Source of the DNA: Deltaproteobacteria bacterium | GTDB taxonomy: Bacteria > SAR324 > NAC60-12 | Assembly (NCBI GenBank): GCA_002683655.1 | Contig: NYTS01000098.1 | Span: forward strand, 1 to 56,269 | Length of the DNA: 56,269 nt | Direction: 5' to 3' | Part shown: positions 18,343 to 27,019 of the stretch, in pieces | How positions within the stretch are numbered: the first letter of the stretch is position 1 | Layout: every line of letters starts with the position of its first letter | Made by a program: the position numbers and the translations under genes | Notes under the pieces: model-generated | Database searches by the model: none | What the model was told of the DNA's origin: nothing | Seen by the model: only the letters and a program-made list of their open reading frames with translations

Positions 18343-18824
18343 ATGGCTGTCGAATCCAACGTTACAGACTCTAATTCATCCAATATCAGTCGCTGGGTAA
18401 TCCCCGGATTGATCATCTTGTTTTGTATAGTCGCTTTTTATTTCACTACTCAATTTGACCGAGTCCCAGAGATCCTCAAGCGTGGAATCCAACCTTCGGA
18501 CTTTCCACAGTTAATTCTTCTATTGTTAATAGGACTGGCATGCCTGCTTCCCTTTGAGAAGACTCAACACAACCGGCCAGCTATTCCGCCTTCAGTATTC
18601 ATTTCTCTCCTACTCATCATTGCTTTTGTCCTATTGACCCATCTAGATTTCTTTATTGCTCTAGGATGCTTTGGTGGTTTGCTCTCCTTTAGTTGGGGGG
18701 AACGCTGATTGGGAGCTTTATTCTTGGTTACGCTGTTTTTTCCGACATTTGTTTTTTTCTCTTCGATCTGGTCTTTGAAGTCCGCTTCCCTCGCGGTTTG
18801 TTGACGAATCTTTGGTACGGATAA
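18343..18824 (+). pseudogene. tctB: TctB small membrane subunit, frameshifted in a G6 homopolymer (18695-18700)
   Basis: The annotated frame stops at TGA 18706-18708. Adding one G to the G6 run extends it as GTLIGSFILGYAVFSDICFFLFDLVFEVRFPRGLLTNLWYG, a typical TctB C-terminus. That reading stops at TAA 18822-18824, 2 nt before the tctA start. Confidence 0.7.
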
Positions 18825-18826
18825 AA

Positions 18827-20305
18827 TTGGAAGCAATCTTTTCTGGTCTATGGGCCTTAGCTGACCCGATGTTGCTGCTTTTGATTGTGCTGGCTACCTT
18901 GGGCGGTATTCTTGTTGGTGCTCTCCCAGGTTTAAATGCTACCAACGGGGTTGCCTTATTGCTGCCCTTCACCATCACAATGGAACCGATTGCAGCCATT
19001 GCGGTTCTGACAACGATCTACTGTGCAGCGACCTTTGCAGGAGCCGTGACCGCAATTTTGATAAATACCCCGGGCACATCTGCGAGTGCTACCACGTGCC
19101 TTGATGGCTATCCCCTTGCGCAGCGCGGTGAAGCAGGTCGTGCTCTCGGCATGGCGGCTGTTTCTTCAACAATTGGTGGGATCATCAGCGTACTTTGTCT
19201 GATGGCAGCAGCTCCATTGCTAGCGGGTGCGGCCTATAAATTTGCACCTCCTGAATATTTTGCTCTGACCGTCTTCGGCCTCTCAATGCTAGCTTCTATT
19301 GGTGAAGAATCCTCGATAAAAAGCATCATGTCTGGAGCCTTTGGCGTTTTGCTGGCAACAGTCGGCATTGACCTGCTTACAACCGTTGAACGTTTTACCT
19401 TTGGAATGAACGAATTAACCGAGGGAATTGGCTTTGTGCCGGTCATGATTGGAGTGTTTGGAATAGCTGAACTCTTGGCTCAAGCGGGCCAACTTGGAAT
19501 CGTCCGTGAGAGAATCACTCTCCGAGCGATCCAATTGCCTAGCAAAGCGGATTATCAGAAAACCTGGAAAGCAATTCTTCGATCGTCAGGAATTGGCACT
19601 TTCATTGGGATTTTACCTGCAGAGGGAGCAACCATCGCTTCGATGATCGGTTACAACGAGGCTAAGCGTTGGTCGAAAACCCCTGAGGAATTTGGGAAGG
19701 GTTCCATTGAAGGGATAGCCGGTAGCGAGGCGGCCAATAATTCCGCTACAGGGGGCGCCATGGTTCCCACTTTAGCTCTTGGAATTCCTGGCAGTCCCAC
19801 CGCAGCTGTCATTCTCGCCGGATTGATGGTCCACGGGCTTCGTCCAGGACCAACTATGTTCACCGAGCAATCGACATTCGTATTTGCTATTTTCTGGTCG
19901 ATGCTGCTGGTCAATGTCCTGTTTTTCTTCGTTGGATTGTTCGGAGCACGAATTTTTGCTCGCGCCACTTTGATTCCATTGACCATTCTTTGGCCCATGG
20001 TTTTCCTTTTTTCCATTGTAGGAGCTTACGCACTGGATCAATCTATGATTGACGTTTGGATTGCACTAATTTTTGGCGTGATCGGGTATCTCATGCGAAG
20101 GTATGGATTTTCAGTGGTATCTCTCGCAATAGGTTTGATTCTGGGAGGGATGCTAGAGAAGCGTCTAGGACAAAGCATGGTGATGTTGGACGAACAATGG
20201 TGGTTGATCGCAACAAGACCACTTTCTTTGTTTTTCCTTGTTTTGACAGTTTTGGCGCTTGCTGGACCCTTTTTGCTGAAACAACTGAAGACTTTGAAAT
20301 CATGA
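18827..20305 (+). CDS. tctA: TctA large permease subunit of tripartite tricarboxylate transporter
   Basis: About 490-aa polytopic protein with the family motif GALPGLNATNGVALLLPFT near the N-terminus. The start is TTG 18827, or TTG 18812 as in the ORF track. Confidence 0.85.
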   Translation: MEAIFSGLWALADPMLLLLIVLATLGGILVGALPGLNATNGVALLLPFTITMEPIAAIAVLTTIYCAATFAGAVTAILINTPGTSASATTCLDGYPLAQRGEAGRALGMAAVSSTIGGIISVLCLMAAAPLLAGAAYKFAPPEYFALTVFGLSMLASIGEESSIKSIMSGAFGVLLATVGIDLLTTVERFTFGMNELTEGIGFVPVMIGVFGIAELLAQAGQLGIVRERITLRAIQLPSKADYQKTWKAILRSSGIGTFIGILPAEGATIASMIGYNEAKRWSKTPEEFGKGSIEGIAGSEAANNSATGGAMVPTLALGIPGSPTAAVILAGLMVHGLRPGPTMFTEQSTFVFAIFWSMLLVNVLFFFVGLFGARIFARATLIPLTILWPMVFLFSIVGAYALDQSMIDVWIALIFGVIGYLMRRYGFSVVSLAIGLILGGMLEKRLGQSMVMLDEQWWLIATRPLSLFFLVLTVLALAGPFLLKQLKTLKS

Positions 20306-20336
20306 CTGTCTACATAGATCAAATGCAGTTCTCTTT

Positions 20337-20351
20337 TTGATTGATAATCAA
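20337..20351. promoter_or_regulatory. Perfect 6-3-6 palindrome TTGATT-GAT-AATCAA upstream of the GntR gene; candidate operator
   Basis: Seen directly in the sequence, about 85 nt upstream of ATG 20434. Confidence 0.3.
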
Positions 20352-20433
20352 GTATCTGAAAATATTTACATCTAAAGTGTCATCCTTTGATTCTTAGGTT
20401 CTAGATATTTTAATTCAAAACTTATAAGAGTTG

Positions 20434-21138
20434 ATGCAATCACTCGATGAATTGAAGAACTCTGGGCAGCCTTTGCTCAGACCCAGGAAGTCGCTCGCTG
20501 AGGAGGCAGCTGAAGCACTTAGAGAGCTGATCCTGCTCGAAAAGCTTAAAGCAGGTATCCCCATTCCAGAACGAAATCTTGCCTCGGTGCTTGGGATCAG
20601 TAGAACCCCGCTGCGTGAGGCATTGAAGATTTTGGAGCATGAAGGCTTGGTAGAGTACAGTTCGACTCGCCGACCCTTCGTTGCAAATCCATCGCTCTTG
20701 GAGTTGGCTGATTTGATTAAAGTGATTGGAGCTTTGGAGTCTCTTGCAGGCGAACTGGCTTGTGAACGTGCCAATCAAGACGAGATCAATTCCATTTCAA
20801 GCCTTGCAGAAGAAATGTCAGACAAATCTGATCGAATTGAACCGCTGGATTTCTTCAGGATTGATATGGAATTTCATCGAAAATTGGTCGCTTCAAGTAG
20901 AAATCCAGCCCTGGTTGAAACCCATCGGCAATATAATGCAAGGCTATGGAGGGCTCGTTTCGTATCTTCTAGAAGGGTAGCAAGACGGACAATGACCCTG
21001 GATCAACATCATCAAATCACTGATTCTCTTAGAAAACGGGACACCAGGCAGATATCGATCGCCTTACGAAATCATTTGGATACAACGATTAATAACATTT
21101 CTGAAGATCAAGACGAAAATCTTTCCAAACCACATTAG
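20434..21138 (+). CDS. GntR-family transcriptional regulator, FadR/FCD subfamily
   Basis: It has an N-terminal winged-HTH (ERNLASVLGISRTPLREALKILEHEGLV) and an all-helical FCD-like C-domain. Confidence 0.85.
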   Translation: MQSLDELKNSGQPLLRPRKSLAEEAAEALRELILLEKLKAGIPIPERNLASVLGISRTPLREALKILEHEGLVEYSSTRRPFVANPSLLELADLIKVIGALESLAGELACERANQDEINSISSLAEEMSDKSDRIEPLDFFRIDMEFHRKLVASSRNPALVETHRQYNARLWRARFVSSRRVARRTMTLDQHHQITDSLRKRDTRQISIALRNHLDTTINNISEDQDENLSKPH

Positions 21139-21149
21139 GAACACCCCTT

Positions 21150-22151
21150 ATGAAACCACGAATTGCTTTGATACCTGGAGATCCCAGTGGAATAGGACCC
21201 GAACTTGTGGCGAAGTTACTAGCGGAACCCGGAATATCTGAGGAAGCAGACGTCTTGGTTATTGGAGATATGCATGTGCTGGAGATGGGTCAGCACCAGG
21301 CAGGGATGGAAAATACCTTTAAGCCAATAGATCTCTTAAAAAGTGAATGGTTGTCAGCAGATTCAGGTAGTTTTGCATTCCATCCCACCGTGACAATTTC
21401 AAGAGATGAGGTCAGGATTTCAGAGGCCACTCAAAATTCTGGGGCTTCAGTCCTCAACACACTGAATATCGCCTTAGATTTTGCAAAAGACGGGATCGTT
21501 GATGCGGTGGTATTTGCACCTTTTAACAAGCAAGCTATGCATTTTGCTGGATTGGGACATGACGATGAGCTTCATTACATGGCCACCCGTCTGAAAGTTA
21601 ACAACTATATCAGTGAGTTGAATACATTTGATGGAATGTGGACCAGTCGAGTCACAAGCCACATCGCCTTGAAAGAGGTAGCTAAGCGAATCAATGAACA
21701 AAGTATAGGTGAAGCTGTCCGGTTGATTCACGGAGTGCTTTGTAATTCGGGAATTCGTTCCCCAAAAATCTCTGTTGCAGCTCTAAACCCTCATGCAGGG
21801 GACGGGGGTAACTTTGGGCGTGAGGAAATAGATGTTATTTTCCCAGCTGTCCAATCTCTCCAATCAGAGGGACTTCCTGTGGATGGTCCCTGGCCCTCTG
21901 ACACAGTATTCCTCAAGGCTATCGCCAAAAAAATAGATGCTGTGGTCACAATGTATCATGACCAGGGGCAAATCGCTCTCAAGCTGTTGGGCTTCAGTCG
22001 TGGCGTAACAGTGCAGGGTGGAATTCCTTTTCCTGTAACTACTCCAGCTCATGGTACAGCCTTCGATATTGCAGGTCAGGGAAAAGCAAATCTCGGGGCA
22101 ACTCAAGCAGCCTTTGATCTGGCTTGTAAGATGGTCAGTCACTGGAATTAA
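21150..22151 (+). CDS. PdxA-family NAD-dependent 4-hydroxy-acid-phosphate dehydrogenase (PdxA/PdxA2 type)
   Basis: Family motifs are present: IALIPGDPSGIGPEL, MYHDQGQIALK and TTPAHGTAFDIAGQGKA. Confidence 0.8.
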   Translation: MKPRIALIPGDPSGIGPELVAKLLAEPGISEEADVLVIGDMHVLEMGQHQAGMENTFKPIDLLKSEWLSADSGSFAFHPTVTISRDEVRISEATQNSGASVLNTLNIALDFAKDGIVDAVVFAPFNKQAMHFAGLGHDDELHYMATRLKVNNYISELNTFDGMWTSRVTSHIALKEVAKRINEQSIGEAVRLIHGVLCNSGIRSPKISVAALNPHAGDGGNFGREEIDVIFPAVQSLQSEGLPVDGPWPSDTVFLKAIAKKIDAVVTMYHDQGQIALKLLGFSRGVTVQGGIPFPVTTPAHGTAFDIAGQGKANLGATQAAFDLACKMVSHWN

Positions 22152-22159
22152 CCCTAGAT

Positions 22160-23647
22160 TCATCGTGCAATTAGATCTAATGGATAAATAGGTCGACGAA
22201 CGTTCTGGAAAAGCAAGGTAGAGCGCCTGGGGCGTGCCAACCCACCTGAGTCACAAACGATGACTTTTGCTGCTAATGGTTCATAGGCAGCCCGGAAGTG
22301 TTGCATGGACTTCAGAGCAACTACTTTCAGCTTTTCTTGATGAATCCCAAAGGAAGCAAATTGCATTCGATCCAGAATCTGCAAGTTGTGAGTTGTAACC
22401 AAAATATCAACGCCCTCCACCCGAAAAACCGCTGTGGGACCGAAACTTTTCGTCAATCCAGCGTACATAGGCCCCTCTGAAACGTAATTTCCACCGTAAT
22501 TCCTGAGTATCTCCCCGGTCAACCTCAGTGGGCCTCCTCCCAAATCGGGATCATTCTTTCCGCCCAAGTCTATGGTGATTTTTTCACCAAGTCTTCTATG
22601 GCTAAGTATTTGGGCAGCCTGGGGAACACACACTGCACCAAAAGAGGCCTCTTCAACACCAGCTTCCAGAAGAGCCTTCAACAATTTAGTAGCATCACCA
22701 TAACTCCCTGCGCCAGGATTGTCAGAGTAATCAGCAATGACCAAGGGTTTGCTCTCTCCAGTAAAATGTTTAGCTAGTTGGGCTGCTTGTTCCGGTGTCA
22801 GGTAATCATTGTTGACCCGATCTCGTGATTGCCAAATCACTTCTTCCAGTTCATTTGCGATTTCTATAGCTCGCTGCTCAGTCTTTTCTGCATAACTAAC
22901 GGTTACCGATGGGCCTACGAAAGGAACGTCAGCCAAAGCAAATCCAGCATTCAAACTAACTGCAAAAATACCATCTTCAGCTTCCATTTCCTTGAGTCTT
23001 GGAATCAAGTCGGTCATTGGTTCAACGTCTGTCCTACCACAATCAAGCCCTTCAATCTGCGGCGGTTGTCGGATGATCGTCTTAATTTTGACCTTGTTTT
23101 TCATTGCGAACTCCGGAGCTTGACCAGCATGAACAGCAGCATCACACCTATCCACATGTGGATAGGTTTTGTAGGAAACAATAATGTTCGCATGGCAACA
23201 CATCTTCTCGGTAACGTTAGCATGTAGGTCCAGCGTTATGGCAATGGGCACTTCAGATCCAACAATCGCATGAAGTTCCCCAAGTAAATGCCCTTCAGCA
23301 TCGAATATTCCCTCAGCAACCATGGCTCCGTGTAGTGAGAGGGCAATTCCATCCCATCTCCTTGACCCTGCCTGCTTTAAGATTGCACCCGCATAGCGTT
23401 CAAACGCATCCTTAGTAACCGTTCCCCCGGGGTTTGCAGTTGCTACAACAGTGGGGACTAGTTCCCAGCCAAACTGGCCTGCACAGTCGATAAAACCCGC
23501 TTGTTCGTGGTTTACGTTTCTAAATTTGGTGAAGATCTGCGCACCAAAGATCGCATAGTACGCTTCAAACTCTGCAATCCCTGTTGGATTCTTACTAAAT
23601 GTGTTGGTTTCATGATTTAACGCTCCGGTCAGAACAACTTTATCCAT
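22160..23647 (-). CDS. M81-family metallopeptidase (MlrC-like)
   Basis: 495 aa. The N-terminus NHETNTF, LDLHAN and the two-domain length are typical of the MlrC/DUF1485 family. Confidence 0.75.
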   Translation of the reverse strand: MDKVVLTGALNHETNTFSKNPTGIAEFEAYYAIFGAQIFTKFRNVNHEQAGFIDCAGQFGWELVPTVVATANPGGTVTKDAFERYAGAILKQAGSRRWDGIALSLHGAMVAEGIFDAEGHLLGELHAIVGSEVPIAITLDLHANVTEKMCCHANIIVSYKTYPHVDRCDAAVHAGQAPEFAMKNKVKIKTIIRQPPQIEGLDCGRTDVEPMTDLIPRLKEMEAEDGIFAVSLNAGFALADVPFVGPSVTVSYAEKTEQRAIEIANELEEVIWQSRDRVNNDYLTPEQAAQLAKHFTGESKPLVIADYSDNPGAGSYGDATKLLKALLEAGVEEASFGAVCVPQAAQILSHRRLGEKITIDLGGKNDPDLGGGPLRLTGEILRNYGGNYVSEGPMYAGLTKSFGPTAVFRVEGVDILVTTHNLQILDRMQFASFGIHQEKLKVVALKSMQHFRAAYEPLAAKVIVCDSGGLARPRRSTLLFQNVRRPIYPLDLIAR

Positions 23648-23868
23648 ACCACCTCTAATTTATAAGCATCTGAAAACATTTTGGAAAAAGTCAAATAATC
23701 GACAAGCGAGTGAGTATGTGTGAGATCAATTTCGTTCAACCTAGAGAGATAAAGGAAGGCACCTTTAGGAAAGTCTCATTTAATTGGGAAGGCTATAAAA
23801 GTAGGATCTGAAAAAAATTAAGGATTATGAGGAAGTGTGAGGAAGGAAAAATTTAATTATCTATTTTT

Positions 23869-24552
23869 TCAACACTGAACATAAGCTGTTGGAACACAGT
23901 CAGTGAAGCCCAATTTTGTTCCGATAAACATCATATTGGAATGCATATGATTCAGATTACCAACTGTACCTCCAAACTCTAAATAGAGTCGATTCTGATA
24001 ATATGCTGTCTTCCAACCGATTACCCAATAGTTGTTCAAATCCATAAAAACTGTCATCTGGTAACCAGTCAATAAATCAAAACCAAACTTTTCACTAAAT
24101 TTCAGGTTTTGTCCTGATGCAAGAGTATAATCTTTCTTAAAAACGATAACCCCAAAGCCACCAATCAAATCCACTGCGCCTCCGAGATGTAATTTGTTGT
24201 TCATCTCATAGGCTCTACCATAACCAAACGAAAAATAGCTGTGAAAAACCCGAGTATTCACATGATGATAATTGCCGTCAGTATCCTCAAAACTTTTCTC
24301 AAAGCGTGTATCCATGAGGGCTTGACCGAAGGCCGTTCCATCATCAAACATCTTATGAGCCATCATGATCTCGTTTGCTAATCCTTTGACAGAATATGTT
24401 TTATCTAAGTCATTTTCACCATAATCACCGTAGGAGTTCCCAAAACCGATCCAGCGGCGCGTCTCCGCTGGCTCTTGGGCAACTGCTGAGGTAACAAGCA
24501 TCAGACTGAGAATTAGGACGATCGCAGAAAAAATAAATTGATTAATTGACAT
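23869..24552 (-). CDS. Secreted beta-rich (8-strand OMP-like) protein of unknown family, paralog A
   Basis: The signal peptide ends AVA|QEPAETRRWIG. An alternating aromatic/Gly pattern follows. The beta-signal-like FIGTKLGF is followed by the tail TDCVPTAYVQC. Confidence 0.7.
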   Translation of the reverse strand: MSINQFIFSAIVLILSLMLVTSAVAQEPAETRRWIGFGNSYGDYGENDLDKTYSVKGLANEIMMAHKMFDDGTAFGQALMDTRFEKSFEDTDGNYHHVNTRVFHSYFSFGYGRAYEMNNKLHLGGAVDLIGGFGVIVFKKDYTLASGQNLKFSEKFGFDLLTGYQMTVFMDLNNYWVIGWKTAYYQNRLYLEFGGTVGNLNHMHSNMMFIGTKLGFTDCVPTAYVQC

Positions 24553-24658
24553 TTGAGATCATAGAAAAAAATGTATTGTTTTTAATAAAATTGACACACA
24601 TTAATTATAATTTTCAGAACTCTGTCTCTTCAGTTTAGCTGCAAATCCTAAAATAGAA

Positions 24659-25354
24659 TCAACACTGGACATATGCTGTCGGAACACAGTCCGTATAACC
24701 TTTTTTGATTCCAATGAATAGCATGTTTGAGTGAATGTGATTGACATGTGCATCCACACCCCCAAATTCAACATATAATCTATTACGGTAAACTGAAGAT
24801 TTCATACCTACTGACCAGTAATTATTGAAATCCATAAAAATTGCCAACTGATATCCAACAAGAAAATCACCGCCAAATTTTGGATCAAAGTTGATTTCCT
24901 GGCCTGATGCCGTCTTATAATATTTGTTGAATATTGCCAGACCAAGTCCTCCGACTAAGTCTGCTGTAGCACCAACCTGAAACTTGTTGTGTAACTCAAA
25001 GGATTTTCCAAATCCAAAAGAGTAATAACCGTGAAAGACCCTTGCATTGATTTGATGATAATTTCCATAACTGTCTTCAAATCCATGCTCGAATCTGGTA
25101 TCCATAAATGCTATGCCAAGTGCCATTGAATCATCAAAAATTCTGTGCGAAAGCATGATTTCTAGGGTAATGCCCTTTAAATCTTCTGATTTGTCAACAT
25201 CGCTTTGGCCATAGGTACCAAATGCGTCTCCCCCTCCGATCCATTTCCTAGTCTCAGCAGGTTCTTGAGCAAACAATGACTCCGTAATCCAACTGAGGCA
25301 TATTCCACAGAATAGTACTAACCACCAAATTTTGAGAATCTTCCGATGATTCAT
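24659..25354 (-). CDS. Secreted beta-rich (8-strand OMP-like) protein of unknown family, paralog B
   Basis: The signal peptide ends LFA|QEPAETRKWIG. It is collinear with paralog A throughout and ends FIGIKKGY followed by the identical tail TDCVPTAYVQC. Confidence 0.7.
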   Translation of the reverse strand: MNHRKILKIWWLVLFCGICLSWITESLFAQEPAETRKWIGGGDAFGTYGQSDVDKSEDLKGITLEIMLSHRIFDDSMALGIAFMDTRFEHGFEDSYGNYHQINARVFHGYYSFGFGKSFELHNKFQVGATADLVGGLGLAIFNKYYKTASGQEINFDPKFGGDFLVGYQLAIFMDFNNYWSVGMKSSVYRNRLYVEFGGVDAHVNHIHSNMLFIGIKKGYTDCVPTAYVQC

Positions 25355-25762
25355 TTAATTCGAATAGGGAAATTTGAAGTTTTCTACGAATTAGGAAGGG
25401 TTTTTGTAAATTTAACGCAATATTAAAGAGCTATCTCTTTGCAAAATGTCCCCAACCAACCCTCAAATTCTATGGGACGAGGTGTCTTTTTCCCAGTCAT
25501 TACTCTTTCTGAGAAGTCAACAACATCCCTGTGTTTGAGCTTTGTTTCAGAAATCAACTGATTGATTTTACGTATATTTTCTATCTCAGCTTATGCTCCC
25601 GTTACTGTTGAATCGTCTCAAAGATTCGAACTATTGACCAAGAAACCATTTTCGGAAAAATTTTTGACTGATTTGATGCCTGCTCTATGCCATAATTTGT
25701 TGTAGATTAGCTCTATTTTACCGGTATACATCTAATTCAACTCACTCCAATTAGATCACAAA

Positions 25763-26722
25763 ATGACACATATACGCCCAAGAAAATCCTGGGAGATTCC
25801 TGAATCATTAGCCACTGATGAAGCTGATTTCTGGAATAGGAGAACTTTCCTGAAAGGTGCAGGATTGCTCAGCACATCCTTGCTTCTTAATCAATCCCCG
25901 CTGTCTGCTGCAACAGCAGGTTTTCCAACACAGAGAAATCCAAAGTACAATCTCATCGAAGCTGAAAAAATCACCGAAGAGAAGTATGTGACTGGATATA
26001 ACAATTTTTACGAGTTCAGCTTTGATAAGGAAGATGTAAAGGACAAAGCCAAACACTGGAAGACCGAACCGTGGAGCATCGAAATTTCAGGGATGGTACA
26101 GAAACCATTGACACTTGACGTCAATGAACTGATCAGTGAGTTTGGAATTGAACAGCGAGTTTATCGATTTCGTTGTGTAGAAGCATGGTCTATGGTTGTC
26201 CCATGGGATGGATTTCCCTTGAAAAAGCTAATTGAAAAAGTACAACCGCTGTCCTCTGCAAAGTTCGTCAAGTTCATATCATTTGATGATCCCGAAGAAG
26301 CTCCAGGTATGAAAAATCGCTCCTACCCTTGGCCATACAAAGAAGGCCTTAGGATGGATGAGGCTTTGCACGAACTAACCCTGATGGTAACTGGTGTTTT
26401 TGGTAAACCACTTCCTAATCAAAATGGAGCACCAGTTCGGCTGATGGTCCCATGGAAGTATGGATTTAAGAGCATCAAATCAATTCAAAAAATTGAATTC
26501 GCGGATCAGCAGCCTAGGAGTTTATGGAACGAATTAGCCCCACAAGAGTATGGTTTTTATGCGAATGTAAATCCTGAGGTTGATCATCCTCGCTGGTCCC
26601 AAGCCAAGGAGCGACGAATTGGGAGTTGGTTTTTTCAAAAAATCCCTACCCAATCTTTCAACGGCTATGCTGAAGAAGTAGCTAGCCTGTACAAAGGAAT
26701 GGATCTCAAAAAAAATTACTGA
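25763..26722 (+). CDS. msrP: Protein-methionine-sulfoxide reductase catalytic subunit MsrP (YedY), molybdopterin enzyme
   Basis: It has a Tat leader (NRRTFLKGAGLL), followed by YNNFYEF, RCVEAWSMVVPW and GAPVRLMVPWKYGFKSIK, all typical of YedY/MsrP. Confidence 0.85.
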   Translation: MTHIRPRKSWEIPESLATDEADFWNRRTFLKGAGLLSTSLLLNQSPLSAATAGFPTQRNPKYNLIEAEKITEEKYVTGYNNFYEFSFDKEDVKDKAKHWKTEPWSIEISGMVQKPLTLDVNELISEFGIEQRVYRFRCVEAWSMVVPWDGFPLKKLIEKVQPLSSAKFVKFISFDDPEEAPGMKNRSYPWPYKEGLRMDEALHELTLMVTGVFGKPLPNQNGAPVRLMVPWKYGFKSIKSIQKIEFADQQPRSLWNELAPQEYGFYANVNPEVDHPRWSQAKERRIGSWFFQKIPTQSFNGYAEEVASLYKGMDLKKNY

Positions 26723-26738
26723 GTTGACTCGGTATTAA

Positions 26739-27016
26739 TTTGATAAGGTTGACTTTCATATTTTTGTCTGGGTGCAACCGACTTTTAAAGTAACAGAATG
26801 GGCAGGAACTCATGGAGATCGAATCAAGTAAAAGTAAGTGCCCCACCGCAAAACAATGCAGCAAACAAAGCCTGCCAAAAATTCTTAGCTGAATTTTTCG
26901 AGTTGCCAAAATCTAGTATCGAACTGATTAGTGGAGACAAGTCCCGTGTTAAATTCTTTCTTATTAGGCGACCAAACAGAGAACTAGTACTTAACTTGAT
27001 TGAATCATTGGCTTAA
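26739..27016 (+). pseudogene. DUF167 (YggU-like) protein, frameshifted near 26826-26828; start codon unresolved
   Basis: The C-terminal part (VKVSAPPQNNAANKACQKFLAEFF...GDKSRVKFFLI) is in the frame of ORF 26798..27016. The N-terminal strand VDFHIFVWVQPTFKVTEWAGTHGDRIK is in another frame ending at TAA 26829-26831. One extra A in atcaAg would join them as GDRIKVKVSAPP. Confidence 0.6.
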
Positions 27017-27019
27017 GCA

